Part shown: piece after piece, positions 14,201 through 25,603 of the stretch
Position numbering within the stretch: the stretch's first letter is position 1
Layout of the letters: every line of letters begins with the position of its first letter
Assembly (NCBI GenBank): GCA_022813965.1
Contig: JALDZS010000195.1
Span: 1 to 42,613, forward strand
From: Toensbergia leucococca
Lineage: Eukaryota
Direction of reading: 5' to 3'
Length of the DNA: 42,613 nt
Made by a program: the position numbers and the translations under genes
Notes under the pieces: generated by a model
Databases searched by the model: none
Told to the model about the DNA's origin: nothing
Seen by the model: the letters and a program-made list of their open reading frames with translations, nothing else

Positions 14201-15234
14201 TGTATGACGGTTCTCATATCGATGACCAAGACATGTACGGCCAAACCGCGCTACACAAAGCAGCAATATGGAATCGCTACCCAATCATGAAAAAGCTACT
14301 CGGGAAAAAGGCGAGGGTAGACGTGTTGGATTTGAAAGGGCAAACTCCATTACACCTCGCAGCACAATTTTGCGACACATTGGTCTTGGAGCTTTTGATT
14401 AATCATCATGCTTGCGTCGATGCTAGAGACTTTTGCGACCAGACACCTCTTCATAGGGCAGTGAGCGGGCCATCGCCTAGGGAGCAATGTGAGTTTCTTC
14501 TGAGATCTGGCGCAAATGTGAATGCCGTGGACCGAATCGGCTTGACAGCTCTTCATATCGCTATGCTGGACAAGAATGAGCATATTGGAAGATATCTTCT
14601 AAGGTGCGGGGCCAATATCAATGCTGAGGCTTCACCCACAGGCCTCAACTCCTTTCTAGTGTCTAGATGTCAGATGTATGAGACGGATGATGCAGAGCAA
14701 AATGTGACTGCACTTTTGATTGCTGCATGGTTGGAAGAGGAGAAGAGTATTAAGATGCTTCTTCATGCAGGGGCTAGTGTGGAAGTTGCGTTTCATAAAG
14801 CCTTCTGGGTTTTTAAGTTCTTGAAGTTCGGAGTATATTCCCTTCTTTATTATGCCCTTCAAAAACAGACCGTGCACCCGACCGTACGCGCACAAACGGA
14901 GAAGCCTCCACGTTCGGGACCCATCGTGAAAAGGAGACCCGCCCCACCAGTCATACTCATATTCCTGTATTGGCTTCCTACCGATGATACGTCGCTTGTT
15001 AAACGGAGATCCATGCACGTGGCTCATTACTGTGATCTTATATTGAAGATTCAGGATCACATGCTTATCGGTGGTTTACATGTTGAGCGATGGATCGGCG
15101 ACGCCTGGGAGTGGCCACGATCTCTAACATCAATGAGCACTGATAGCTCTTCATATCATTCCCCTGAGGACTCGGATCGATTCCTAATTAAAGTCGGCCA
15201 GGCCAGTGATTCTAAAGCAAGCGATTCGCCCTAA
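11209..15234 (+). pseudogene. Fungal NLR (HeLo-like/STAND N-terminal domain + NACHT + ~13 ankyrin repeats), ~1,320 codons, one in-frame TGA
   Basis: N-terminus MDGVSAAASIVGLL...APKEV...WP is typical of the fungal STAND N-terminal domain. Intron 11616-11672 (GTAAGC...GCTGAC...TAG) joins the ORFs in frame. Walker A GDPGAGKT, Walker B IFIDALDEC, GMFLLARL and LVHFSLQEYL are present, followed by repeated TPLH/TALH ankyrin motifs. The TGA at 12853-12855 sits in FAK*SL..ELRHAL, where this family usually has Arg. Confidence 0.9.
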
Positions 15235-15793
15235 GCGATGCTCTATCCACACGATCAAGAGTAAAGAACTGACGGAAGAAAAGTCAACGTCTCTGGCCTC
15301 CCAAGCGCAATGCTTGCCGGATCAACGCCCGTATCTGAGCACAGTCTCAAAAGTGACGAGCAGCCCCAGGTCAAAGAACTGCCTAGAAATTGTAGAAGGC
15401 CAAGACTCTTCGATGCTCTCTCAAGTCGCGAGGTGGGCCACTCCACCTTTAAGCATGTCGCGCGAGCCTCCTCAAACTCGCGTCTAGCAGAGTTGGAAAA
15501 GCCGACGATACACTCTGCGATAAGAACTCGCCGATGAAATTCACGGCAATGCCTTTGGTCTGTTTAGGAAAGGATTCCTGGGCCAGGTCAAGCAAGACCT
15601 TGATAGAATCACCACGAAGCCTCTGAAATGACTTGACCTAGCGTATTCAAGTCTCCATCTTATCAGCGTCAAGAATGAACTGACAATTAGCGGGTTTTGG
15701 GGGCCAAGGTTTAGGTCTCGGGGAGGGGGTGGGGGTGGGGGAAGGGGGGGTTTGCGTATGCGTACCTTCTTGTTTCAGTGCCGGGATGTTGGT

Positions 15794-15831
15794 CGTGGAT
15801 GCTAGGCGTGAATGCTAGGCGTGGATGTTAG
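15794..15831 (+). repeat. 13-bp tandem repeat, ~3 copies (CGTGGATGCTAGG)
   Basis: cgtggatgctagg / cgtgaatgctagg / cgtggatgttag, read directly from the sequence. Confidence 0.8.
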
Positions 15832-16537
15832 ATTCTGGGGAGGGGTGGATGTTGAATTCAGAGAATGAGAAGAGTTTATCACATCCCTTTGAAGTCACTT
15901 GAGTATCTCTATATTCATTCATCTCAGTTTCTTCACCCGTGCTCTGAGAAATTGTTCACTTTTTTTTCTTCAAATCCCTCAAATGAGAGGGGTTGTGATG
16001 CTTAGAGTTTTAGGGTGAGTTCACTGTTTTCTCTGAATTTAATATCTAGGCTGACTGAATGAAGGCATCATGTGCGCTTTCATTAAGAATTGAGAAAAAA
16101 AGCATGTCTCAGTCTCAGAGAATAAACTTCCTTTCCTTCAAAAGTCAAACCTGTCACAAATCAAAAACTCAAAAAAAAGAGCAAGAAAACTCAGCCCCTC
16201 CCTCACATCAAAAACCTCAAGCAGCAACCAAAAAATCTTACCTTTCCGCACCTGAGACGGAGAAAAGTCTAAAAATTCTATTCTCATAACAGTCCCGGAA
16301 AGGACAAGGCTTTGATTCTGACGAATAAAGAGAACACAAAACCCACAACACCATTGTACCAGCGCCATAAGGAATCGAACCTAATATGAGATTATGACTC
16401 CAGCACGAATGATCGTGCCCCGTTGGGAAAAGTGATCAGTTTCAAGACGCGGGTTTCGCAGTACACGTACGCTTAAGCTTAACATCATCAAGGTAGATTC
16501 CGGGGAACGGAGTTATTGAAGAGGGGGAAAAGCTTCG

Positions 16538-17308
16538 TTGGTGAAGGGGTACATAAAGCAGCCAGATTTTCGCTTTCTTTTCTCTGCTCTTATAGCCCAT
16601 CCAGCTCCTGTGCCGAACCTCACAACACTTACGCCAGCGCCGTCTCTGTCCCTTTTTCCCAGCACTCTTCCATCCTCAACCCCATCTCCATCACCATCCC
16701 CAGCCCCCGTCTTCAACTTAACCCCAACCATCTCATCCCCAACCCCAACCCCAAACCCCCGCGCCCCCCTCTTCGTCATCCCCAACCCTTCAGGCCCCAT
16801 AGCGCGCCCCCCGGCCCCACCCGGCGCCCCAGCCCTGACAATGAGTCCTTTCCGCCAACCGAGCCGAGAAGAACATGATGCGTTGATCAAAGAATTGCTG
16901 CGAGGATCAGTGGATGAGGAGGGTAATGTTTGGGTTGAGGGGGATTGGAATCGGTATAGGTCTTTTGTGGGGACGGAGACGGGTGAGGCGGGGGGTGTGA
17001 GTGGTGATTGTTGTGTGTGCTTGAAGGATATTGGGGGCGTTGAGGGGGTGGGTGAGGTGGGGAGGGCGCTCTCTGCTGGAGTCATTGACGATGGCTGCGA
17101 TCGAGAGAAAGAGGATCGGGCGGTGGGAAAGGCTGAGATGGAGGCGCGAGTCCGTCAGGCTAGAGGTGCGTTGGTTTCGGCGTTTGAGGTTGAGGAGGAA
17201 GAGGTGAAGGAGGATTTTTGGAGGGCGGAGGATGAGATAAGGGCTATTGAGGGGAAGGGGGGCATGAATTGGAAGCGTGCGTGTGAGGTAGAGAAGAAGG
17301 GTGAGTAG
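16538..17308 (+). CDS. Hypothetical protein with a Pro/Ser-rich N-half and an acidic helical C-half; 5' end uncertain
   Basis: 256-codon open frame with a protein-like C-terminal half (REEHDALIKELLRG...EDFWRAEDEIRAIE). The same frame continues upstream through a TGA at 16517. No family recognised. Confidence 0.4.
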   Translation: MVKGYIKQPDFRFLFSALIAHPAPVPNLTTLTPAPSLSLFPSTLPSSTPSPSPSPAPVFNLTPTISSPTPTPNPRAPLFVIPNPSGPIARPPAPPGAPALTMSPFRQPSREEHDALIKELLRGSVDEEGNVWVEGDWNRYRSFVGTETGEAGGVSGDCCVCLKDIGGVEGVGEVGRALSAGVIDDGCDREKEDRAVGKAEMEARVRQARGALVSAFEVEEEEVKEDFWRAEDEIRAIEGKGGMNWKRACEVEKKGE

Positions 17309-19285
17309 GGGGGATGGTGAAGAGGGGGAGGTGGGAGGTGGTTTGAGGATGTGTTGGGTTTGTGTTGATGATAGTAGAGCGGAGATATGGAGGTCAGGTT
17401 CGATGTGTCTTGAAGAATGGTCTTATGTTGAGGCGTTGGTTGGATTTTTTTCTTTTTTGGTGTGAGTGTCTGGTTGATTGAGTGGGTTGGATAGAGCTTT
17501 TGAAGTAGCGGAGCAGGTGTTTGGTTGATAAGATTGGGATTGTGCGTGTATGTAAGTGGGTGTATGTCTTGTCGTCGGGTGAATTCAAGGGTGCCTTCGT
17601 ATCAAGACCTGCGGATGCACTTTGGCTTCATTATGAGTATTCTATGACTTTTGAAAGCCGGCGCGACTCGGTGACATGACCTTGGCAAGATCTCAGAACG
17701 GAACGGAGATGAGTTCATAGTCATCATCGGCGTCGTATGGAAAAAACAGGCGAGGATATAACAACAAATATGATAGAATTATCATGTTAGACCACCTCTT
17801 CTAGACAAATAGGAGCTGAGGCATACCTGATCTCTTTGATCCAATATGTTTTTTTTCACAACCCAACCTTTTCCATTCTTTACCCTTTTGGAGATGAAGG
17901 GTCCGCTGCCACCGCCTGCAAGCAGAAGAGCTGTTCTGCTAAAATAGCTTTCGGTGAGGGCAACACAGCCTCGGAAGTTTGAAATCTTTTCCTCATCCAG
18001 GTTTTCTCGGCCCAATTAGTATGGAAAACCCGATATCAAAGATTGACTATACAATTGCACAAAGCTCAAACAGAGAACCATGCAAGTTTCTCATCGTCTT
18101 GTCAATATCGTGAAGGCATCCATAAAGCTGAACCAAGGCATCTTCGATTCGTTCACCTTCTTTCTTCAACTCCATAAACAGATGTGGTTTCATGGTAATG
18201 AGAGAGTCCGAGTTGCCTGGTGTTGCCTTTTTCACCGCCAAGTTGTGCAAAGGCGGCACCTGGCAAGTCTGGGTCCCCCATTACCATGGAAAAGATCAGA
18301 TCATTAATGCTCAAACAACTTTCTGGCAACAAAGAACCTAACGTCAGCGCCAGACACGCAAACCCCATCAGCCACGCCGCAGTATCTTGGTGACTTCCGG
18401 TCTACTGTTCAAAAGCCCTGCTGCGGGCTTTAAATTTTAGGTAGAGTTTAACTGTGGTGATGATTATCAGTACACAGTAGATGTTTCTGGATGGAAAATC
18501 AAGGAAACCTGTGATGCGATATGTCTTTCTGCTGCTTTTATCGGGGGTTCAGTGTAAAGAGAGAAGTTAAGCTATCAAGGGATATAGCATTGCTATTGAC
18601 AGGATGTACAAGCAGAAATGCCATGCCCTGCAAGTGAAAGAGACAAGGACTAAAGCTGGGTGTGATATTCTAATGCTGAGAAATGCAAAGTTCTACATGC
18701 TCTAGATGATCAGATTCGTCACTCTCTCTCTCCAGGAGGCTGAATATCCTTTGCTGAGTTTCTTCTCTTTGGTGAGTCCGAAATCCGCTACACTGATCGG
18801 TCCAGGCAACTAGGCAAATAGGCAAATATTCGGCGACAAGACAAATTCGGTAAAAGATATATAGAATCTCTTGAGGAATATTGAGTGAGGTTAAACACTC
18901 CTTAGGTGTCTTTCTACCTCTCTCTCATGGCGTGAAGGGCTGGCTCTGTGATGGTCAGGCATTGTGATGTTGGCCATTTAAATGTCGTCTTCGAGTTTTA
19001 TTGCTGCATGAATATTGTACCCAATTTGCCTCGCTTCCGGGCGTACCGGGTAATTAAAAACAGCCCAGGTCACGGGGGAATAGTCGCAGGCGACCCGCCA
19101 TCTGTTAAATATTCTAGTCTAACAATTTTAATTTCCGGCTATTTCCACCCCACCCCCACGAGCCTCAGGTCGTACATCGTCATCACCCCAGCTCCCAGTA
19201 GTCTTCGCAACAAGACTCACCAATTGAGCATTTGAGTCATCCAAGTTTGCGACAACCACGAGTCGTTGTCAGTCACCTCTACACC

Positions 19286-20038
19286 ATGACTATCTTGCGT
19301 CAGTCAAAAGAGTACACTATCCGTCTCTCCCGTGCCAACCCTGAGGACATTCCGCTCCTCATTCAAATCGTGCGCAGTGCTTTTGCTCCAAACCTCTTCA
19401 ATCAACTAATCGACGCTGCGCATCCGGATGGCGACGAAGACTTTGCGAACAAAGTGCTTGAATATCTTTCAATGCCCAATGTAGTAGTCATGAAGGCCGA
19501 GGTAACATCTGCTGGCCTCCCTCGTCGCCAGATTGTTGCTTGGTCAGTCTGGGGCTGGTCTGACGAAAACAATAGGCTGGACGTAACTGCTCCTGCCGTT
19601 GATTTGGGAGTACTATCAGCCGGTTTGGTAAGAGCATCCATCAATCAAGACTTACCCGCCGGATCTTTGGCAAAGATGTTCAATGACGGCGAAAGGCTGT
19701 GGGCGCAACGGTGGCTCACCCATCGTGACTTTATGATCCTCGGCCTTCTCTGCGTTGCCCCACAATTTCAAGGTAGAGGCATCGGGGAAAGAATCCTGGA
19801 TTGGGGAACCAAAGAGGCAGATAGACGGGGTCTGGTGTGTTGCCTCACGGCTACACCGGTTGCCTGGCAGATTTACGAGCGCTTTGGATGGAACGTTGTT
19901 GCTGAGCAGAGACTCGACCTCAGTGAGTGGTTCTCGAGTAAAGGGTTAGAGAGGCGGGAGAACGATCAGGCTGCCAAGGATATGGGATATGGGATTTATA
20001 TCTGGAGGAGAATGATCAGACTGCCGCAACGGAATTAA
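19286..20038 (+). CDS. GNAT-family N-acetyltransferase
   Basis: Intact intronless ORF from the ATG at 19286. It has the acetyl-CoA binding motif LCVAPQFQGRGIG, then L.ATP.A..IYERFGW, and an N-terminal R.A..EDIP.L. Confidence 0.9.
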   Translation: MTILRQSKEYTIRLSRANPEDIPLLIQIVRSAFAPNLFNQLIDAAHPDGDEDFANKVLEYLSMPNVVVMKAEVTSAGLPRRQIVAWSVWGWSDENNRLDVTAPAVDLGVLSAGLVRASINQDLPAGSLAKMFNDGERLWAQRWLTHRDFMILGLLCVAPQFQGRGIGERILDWGTKEADRRGLVCCLTATPVAWQIYERFGWNVVAEQRLDLSEWFSSKGLERRENDQAAKDMGYGIYIWRRMIRLPQRN

Positions 20039-21873
20039 AATTGATGTACTGTGAGTATCTGCATCATATCTTCGCCGTGTGTACTACACGCTTATCTAAG
20101 CTCATGATGAAGGAGGCCATTATTCATTCTATCACGAATTCATTAGCTAAGGAGACGCATATAGCAATGCCCGTCGATTCCAGAAGCAAAGCGATGACAC
20201 CTCCTTTACAGGTCTCCGTGTTGCATCCAGCTCAGGAAGAACACACAAGCGTTTATAACATCATACACAAGAAAGAAAGATGGAAATCAGACTTATGATC
20301 TCTGGTGTGTTACGAAGTAGGGTACTCAATTAGATGTTTACCTTGAAAATTGAGATTCTCGTGCATAGCGGTTGGTCAAGATGCGAGACTGGAGACTCAA
20401 GCATGAAAGGTTTGGGTGGGCTACTATGGACTTTGGTCATGCAGCAGTCACACGCAGGTACTACAACCTGACGTCATGGATGGTGTGATGATAGTGGAGC
20501 CATGGGCGCTTCCAGAACTGAAGGAATGCCCATGGACGCTGATTGATTCCGATCTTCTATGTTTTGGCTAATCACGGGTAATCCGCAAGCTGCCGCCTCA
20601 GTCTTTCAGCTTTTGCTGCCATCTTGGTAATTGATCATTCAACCTGCCTGTTAAGTCCTCGAATCTCCGATTTCTAATCGATATGTAACCGCAAAGGCGA
20701 AGAGCCCAATTGTGGATCAAACGGCCTGTGGATTTCTGAACCGCGCGATTGGCTCTGGTCAGTCACCATGGTCGTTCTTTGACGGCCGCTATAATAACGG
20801 GTTTACAATGAAAGGTATTGACTTCAAATGTGTCTGAGTTCTTCACAATGAATCCCGTTTCGATCGTGATTTTGATTCAAGGATCGATGAGTCTGGCTGG
20901 ACAATATGTGACCATACCTATTCGAGACTCGCAACGACGTGGCTGGCCGATTCAAAAAAGCCCCGCTAATAGTAGGTCACTCAAACGAGGTGGGGGCTCT
21001 TGGGCTAGGCATGGAAATGTATCACAGAGTGGGGGACTAACAATCCGGACCTTGAGCGCATCCAGAGATTGAAAGATTCAAAGATTCACTCGAGTGTGGT
21101 GCAATTATGATGCCTGCTTTACAGCCTCACAGGAGAATCTTCGAAACGAAGATTTGCAACTCCCACATCAGGGCATACTCATTGTGCCTTCGCGAATGTC
21201 ATCACGGACATCTGATTTTTACTGATACTAGTCATAACCATGTCTCCTATATAAGTGTCGGGCGGCAGACTGCGCGGCATATTAGCCTGTAGTTGAGGCA
21301 GCATGTCTTCCCTATCCGGCTTGTGCTCCGGATGAGGTCCCCGGACATGCGACAAGCCGCAGCCGCCTGGTCTGATTGGCCCCATAATTGCCGAGTGTTG
21401 GATTCTGTCAAATCAGAGCCGTCAATTATACTCTCCTCCAACACTGTGGCTTAGGCTTGGACACTCGGCGGCTAATGATACATATCGCTACACATAAACA
21501 AGGCACACGCATCACCCAACGCTTAGCGAATGGTATCCATGGACTCCATATGCAATTGGCGTTGCATTAGTCGATATGAGAGAATCAAGAATTCCAAGGC
21601 TTTCTGTAGATTGAAAATGGTTAACAACCGTGTGTGAGCCCCTGCAGCTACACCTGGTCCAAGGAGAATTTGATTCGGTGTTCTCCTCCAGTAGCTTGCG
21701 TGTGGTGAAACAGAAGCATAGCCTGGTCACCATGCTGCTTTGGATCCCCTGGTGCTGTCGCTGGACGCCGGGGCTGTCTTCCCTGTGATATTACTGAGAT
21801 CTGCCTTGGTTGTCTTGGATATCTATTGAGATGAATTACCATTTCCATTGCGATCAATCAACCTTCGCTCAAT

Positions 21874-23632
21874 ATGGTTCCATATGTGGACTCGTCTTCG
21901 GAATCCTCTACGGACTCATCTACTGACTTCGAATCCTCCATGAACTACGACTCCTCGCAACCATTCGAACGAATACAATACAAGCCCGACAGTAGTGAGC
22001 TTATTGGTACTGCGACGGACTCCAACAGACTAGAAACACCTCATGTATCACCAAATGTCAAAGATGAGTACGGTAATCACGCAAGTAAGTGCCCAATTGA
22101 ATAATCTTACTTTTGCGTAATAATCCTAAACGTAAGGTTCAGATTCTCTGGCTTCGGTCAGCCGTTCCAAACCCAGCTATCAGGGCATCTCTTCCTCTAG
22201 ATATCAGGGCTTGTCTCTCGGGAGTATTCCTTCTTCCTCCCGCCGCTCTTCGTTGCAACCGGTAGCTTCAGAATACCTTCAAGTTTTGCCAAAACATCCA
22301 GTGATGGTAGACCAACTCGCTACCTCATTCACACATCTCAGAGTCTCTAGCGCACCAACACCATTGACCACCTCTACTCCGACAATGCAATTGGAGTGCC
22401 AGCCATTTAAACAGAATTTGACTATGGGATCAAGTGAATCGAGTATAAATCCTAGTCCAGGAAACCCTCCCGCAGAAATCCCTCTACCTGATGCGCTTCC
22501 AGACAAACAAGATCCAGTTTTCCTGGATCAAAAAAATCACCATTGTTCATCAACAGATGACAATAGATCTGTAGAATACGCACTGATCTCTTCAATAGAG
22601 TCTAATATTGCTCAGGATACCAATGACCCACCAATGATCATTCGAAATCTCACGGAGAAACCCTTTGACGATGTTCTTCAAGCCGTTCACAACGACCCTT
22701 CAACCAGAACAGATTGGGAAATCTGCGTATCTAGGAAGCGGCCAACAAAGGCTGAAGGACCGAAAAAGGTCCGCAGATCCAGGGAAAATAACCATCTTGA
22801 TATCAAGAGAAAAGCCCGGTCCATAAACCTATCAGGAGACTCTAGGAATGTAATCGGGAAGGGAGACAGCAACGTCCACGCGTTCAAGCCTTTGTCGACG
22901 AAACTACCTCACAGACTTACCGGACAGCAAAACTCCCCACCTCGACCGTGCTTAAACACAAGGAAAAACAACAGAAAAGTCAAAGCTCCACCCAACTCTC
23001 GTGACTCCAAACCACAGAGTACTCCCGGACAGCAGAACCCGATCCGCTCATCACTGCATTCTCTCACCCCAAACCTTTCTTGTTCAAATTGCCACAAAGT
23101 ACTCCCAGATCCTATCATCGTAGAAGAAGAGTGGTCCTCAACTAGTGATGACGACTACGCCCAAATCGCCAACATGTCCAAGTCAACACTGCCTGAGAAC
23201 AAATCCTTTCACGCGATGTCCTTGACCGAGATCGCAACACCTCGTCCCATATCCGAACCAGGAAGTCCATTATTCAGACCCGAGTCTGAGATCACAAATG
23301 CGTTCTGGAGCACATTTCGCCCACGGTGCATCATTCCTGATACCATCAGCACGAGAATGCTGGGCATATTTACACCCACAGCTGCAATTCTGGGCTGTTC
23401 CCTCACGGCTGATTCCGGGGCTGTGGATGGATTTATCCGCGGCCTCGGTGCCGTTGTTGGCGGGATCTGCTATTATGGTGCGGTTGCAGTTGCTGGGCTG
23501 GTGGTGATGTGGGCACTTTGTTGCTATTTCCTTATCTACTGCTTTGGGATTGAGGCGGAAGATTCTTGCGTTTTTGGTTTGTCTGGTCATATTGTTGACG
23601 CTTTTCTTTATCATGGTGTCTTTCTTCCATGA
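21874..23632 (+). CDS. Hypothetical Ser/Pro-rich, probably disordered protein with a C-terminal hydrophobic (TM-like) segment
   Basis: ORF 21874 joins ORF 22211 in frame via an intron from 22085 (GTAAGT) to 22136 or 22142 (AG). The C-terminal GICYYGAVAVAGLVVMWALCCYFLIYCFG is hydrophobic. Confidence 0.5.
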
Positions 23633-23705
23633 AGACTGAAATCACATGGTATTTGTTTGTGGTTTTTGAAGGCGGTTTTGATTTCATTTTGTGTTTTTGA
23701 TACCG

Positions 23706-24157
23706 TTGTAATCTGATTGTATAAGAACTCAGTTAGTATTATGAGGTACTGATGACTGAGACACCCCCTTTTGAAAAGATAGACACACCCCCTCTCTCAT
23801 CACCCCCTCAGGCTCAAGATCATGAAAGGAGAATTTTATCAAATCAATTCTGCACCACAATTTGCCTCAAACTCCTCAACTCACTTTTAACATGCAATAT
23901 ACCTCACAATCTCACATATCATTAAGAAGGCATTTTATCTAAAAAAGAAAAGCATGCTTTAATATCACATCCCTAACTCTTCACCCCCCCTGGTGCAAAA
24001 ACATCACAACCTGACATGCAAAAGTATCTACCTCCTTGAAAGCATCTATTATTCACAAGAATCAACTCATGCAGGCATCATTCAAGAATGACAAGACAAA
24101 AGAAGAAAATTATCAAAATTTGAAATAGAAAATAGCTAGTATCAAGAGAACAGAGCC
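23706..24157. other. AT-rich, CpG-free degenerate island (probable mutated repeat remnant)
   Basis: No CG dinucleotide between 23706 and 24157; CA/TCA-rich, with no long ORF. Confidence 0.55.
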
Positions 24158-24489
24158 CGCAAAGTCAACGCAGAGTGATCATTTCAAACACATATATACA
24201 TGCCCTCAACTCTTTGAGGTGAAGATGTCGTAAAGGGTTCCCAGGGTTAGGTATCATAGAGTCAAAAAGGGAGCCTCTATTCTTTGAATATTGGTAGTTT
24301 GATTCAGGCAAATAGTCAAAAAATCAACTATTAATTGTGGCAGTGTGGCAGATCATTCAATTAAATCATCTGACGTTTGTGGTGGTTTCTCGCTACCCTC
24401 GGAACCCCCATGACATCTGGCCCCGACGAATGCCCCCTCTGTGCTCCCCAAGACGACGCACATCACCAAACCTCCTCCTCACCACCAAC

Positions 24490-25259
24490 CTACCCCACCT
24501 CCATCCCCAACCCCCTCCTGACCCCTTCTTCAACCCCATAAACCCTCTCCCTCGGCACCAACCCCTCCCCCACCTCCCCACCCCCCTCAACCGCCCGTCT
24601 CAACCCCACCGCCGCCTCCGTAACATCCTCAATCCCCACAACCCACTCCCTAGCCCACCGCTCGCTCAACTCCCCCGAAATCCCAATCTGGATGCTCCGA
24701 TACGGCAGCACTTCACCTCGGGGCCCGCGCTCCGGATCCCACTGCACGCGGACGGGTTTTGCTTTTTCGGCTGCGGTCATGGGGCCGGTGTGATTGGTGG
24801 AGGCCACGCTGGCGAGGGAGAGGAGATGGGAGAAGTGGTGGTGGGGGATTTTGAGGGCGAGAATGTGGGATTGGTTGGGGTCTTTGTGGGAGTAGTTTGA
24901 GCGGTACCTGTTTTGGGTGGTAATAGGGGGGTAAGGGGTTAAAAAATGTTTTTCTCTCCGCCATTTCATAGAGGGGTTTGGATTAGGTTGAGGGGGCGTT
25001 ACATCATCCAGCACCAGCTTGGCTTTATCCAGGTCATTCGTCCAAGGCGGAAGGCGGGGGATGCGCAGAGGGATTGTTCTTTGACGGCGGGAATGGCAAT
25101 GGCGGCTGAGTAGGCTTGGTAGACGGTAATGGTGTCGTCGTCGTAGAGGGCGCGGATTTGTCTTTGGGGGATTGGTGGGGTGATTGATAGGGATGTAGGT
25201 GCCTGAGGGTTTTGGGGAATCTTTTCTTTTTCTTGTGGAGGATTCTTTGATGACGGCAT
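24490..25259 (-). CDS. DUF4291-family protein
   Basis: Exon 1 has RQIRALYDDDTITVYQAY...RMTWIKPSWCWM. Intron 24908-25002 follows. Exon 2 has YRSNYSHKDPNQSHILAL...VRVQWDPER...YRSIQIGI...IEDVT, all hallmark motifs of the family. Confidence 0.88.
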
Positions 25260-25603
25260 TTCGGACGAGTTTTGTTGCAATTGGTGTAAGATTCCCTTTC
25301 AAAAACAATGAGTTTGCGTGCGAGATCTTAGTTTGAAATGTTCTTGCGCGCTTTTGATAGAGAGAGGAAGGATTATGATAATGTTGTCGAGGCGTTTTTT
25401 CAAGAGGTTGAGTCATAATTGAACCTGCGGTGATAACAAAATGCTAAGCCGAGGGGGGTATTCTAAGGGAAATACTTTGATCCGGAGAAGTTGCCTCCCT
25501 CTCGAGGGTCTGGCTTTTTTTAGTGACGCTTCGCCAAATTTTGGCCCTCAAAAACGCCTCGGCCTAGGCAGCCACGCAGCCTCGGAGCCCCTGAGTATTT
25601 ATA

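Noticed and set aside
17782..18368. Short minus-strand ORFs as a possible small spliced gene
   Set aside because: No recognisable motif, and splice sites are ambiguous.
19286..20038. GNAT as the amine N-acetyltransferase of the decarboxylase/MFS cluster
   Set aside because: It lies over 11 kb away with unrelated genes and a transposon between; nothing in the sequence links them.
20400..21860. Cluster of 60-85 aa ORFs on both strands
   Set aside because: No coherent frame, motif or exon structure could be assembled.
24234..24251. Telomere-like GGGTTAGG bits (also near 16009)
   Set aside because: Isolated single units, not arrays.
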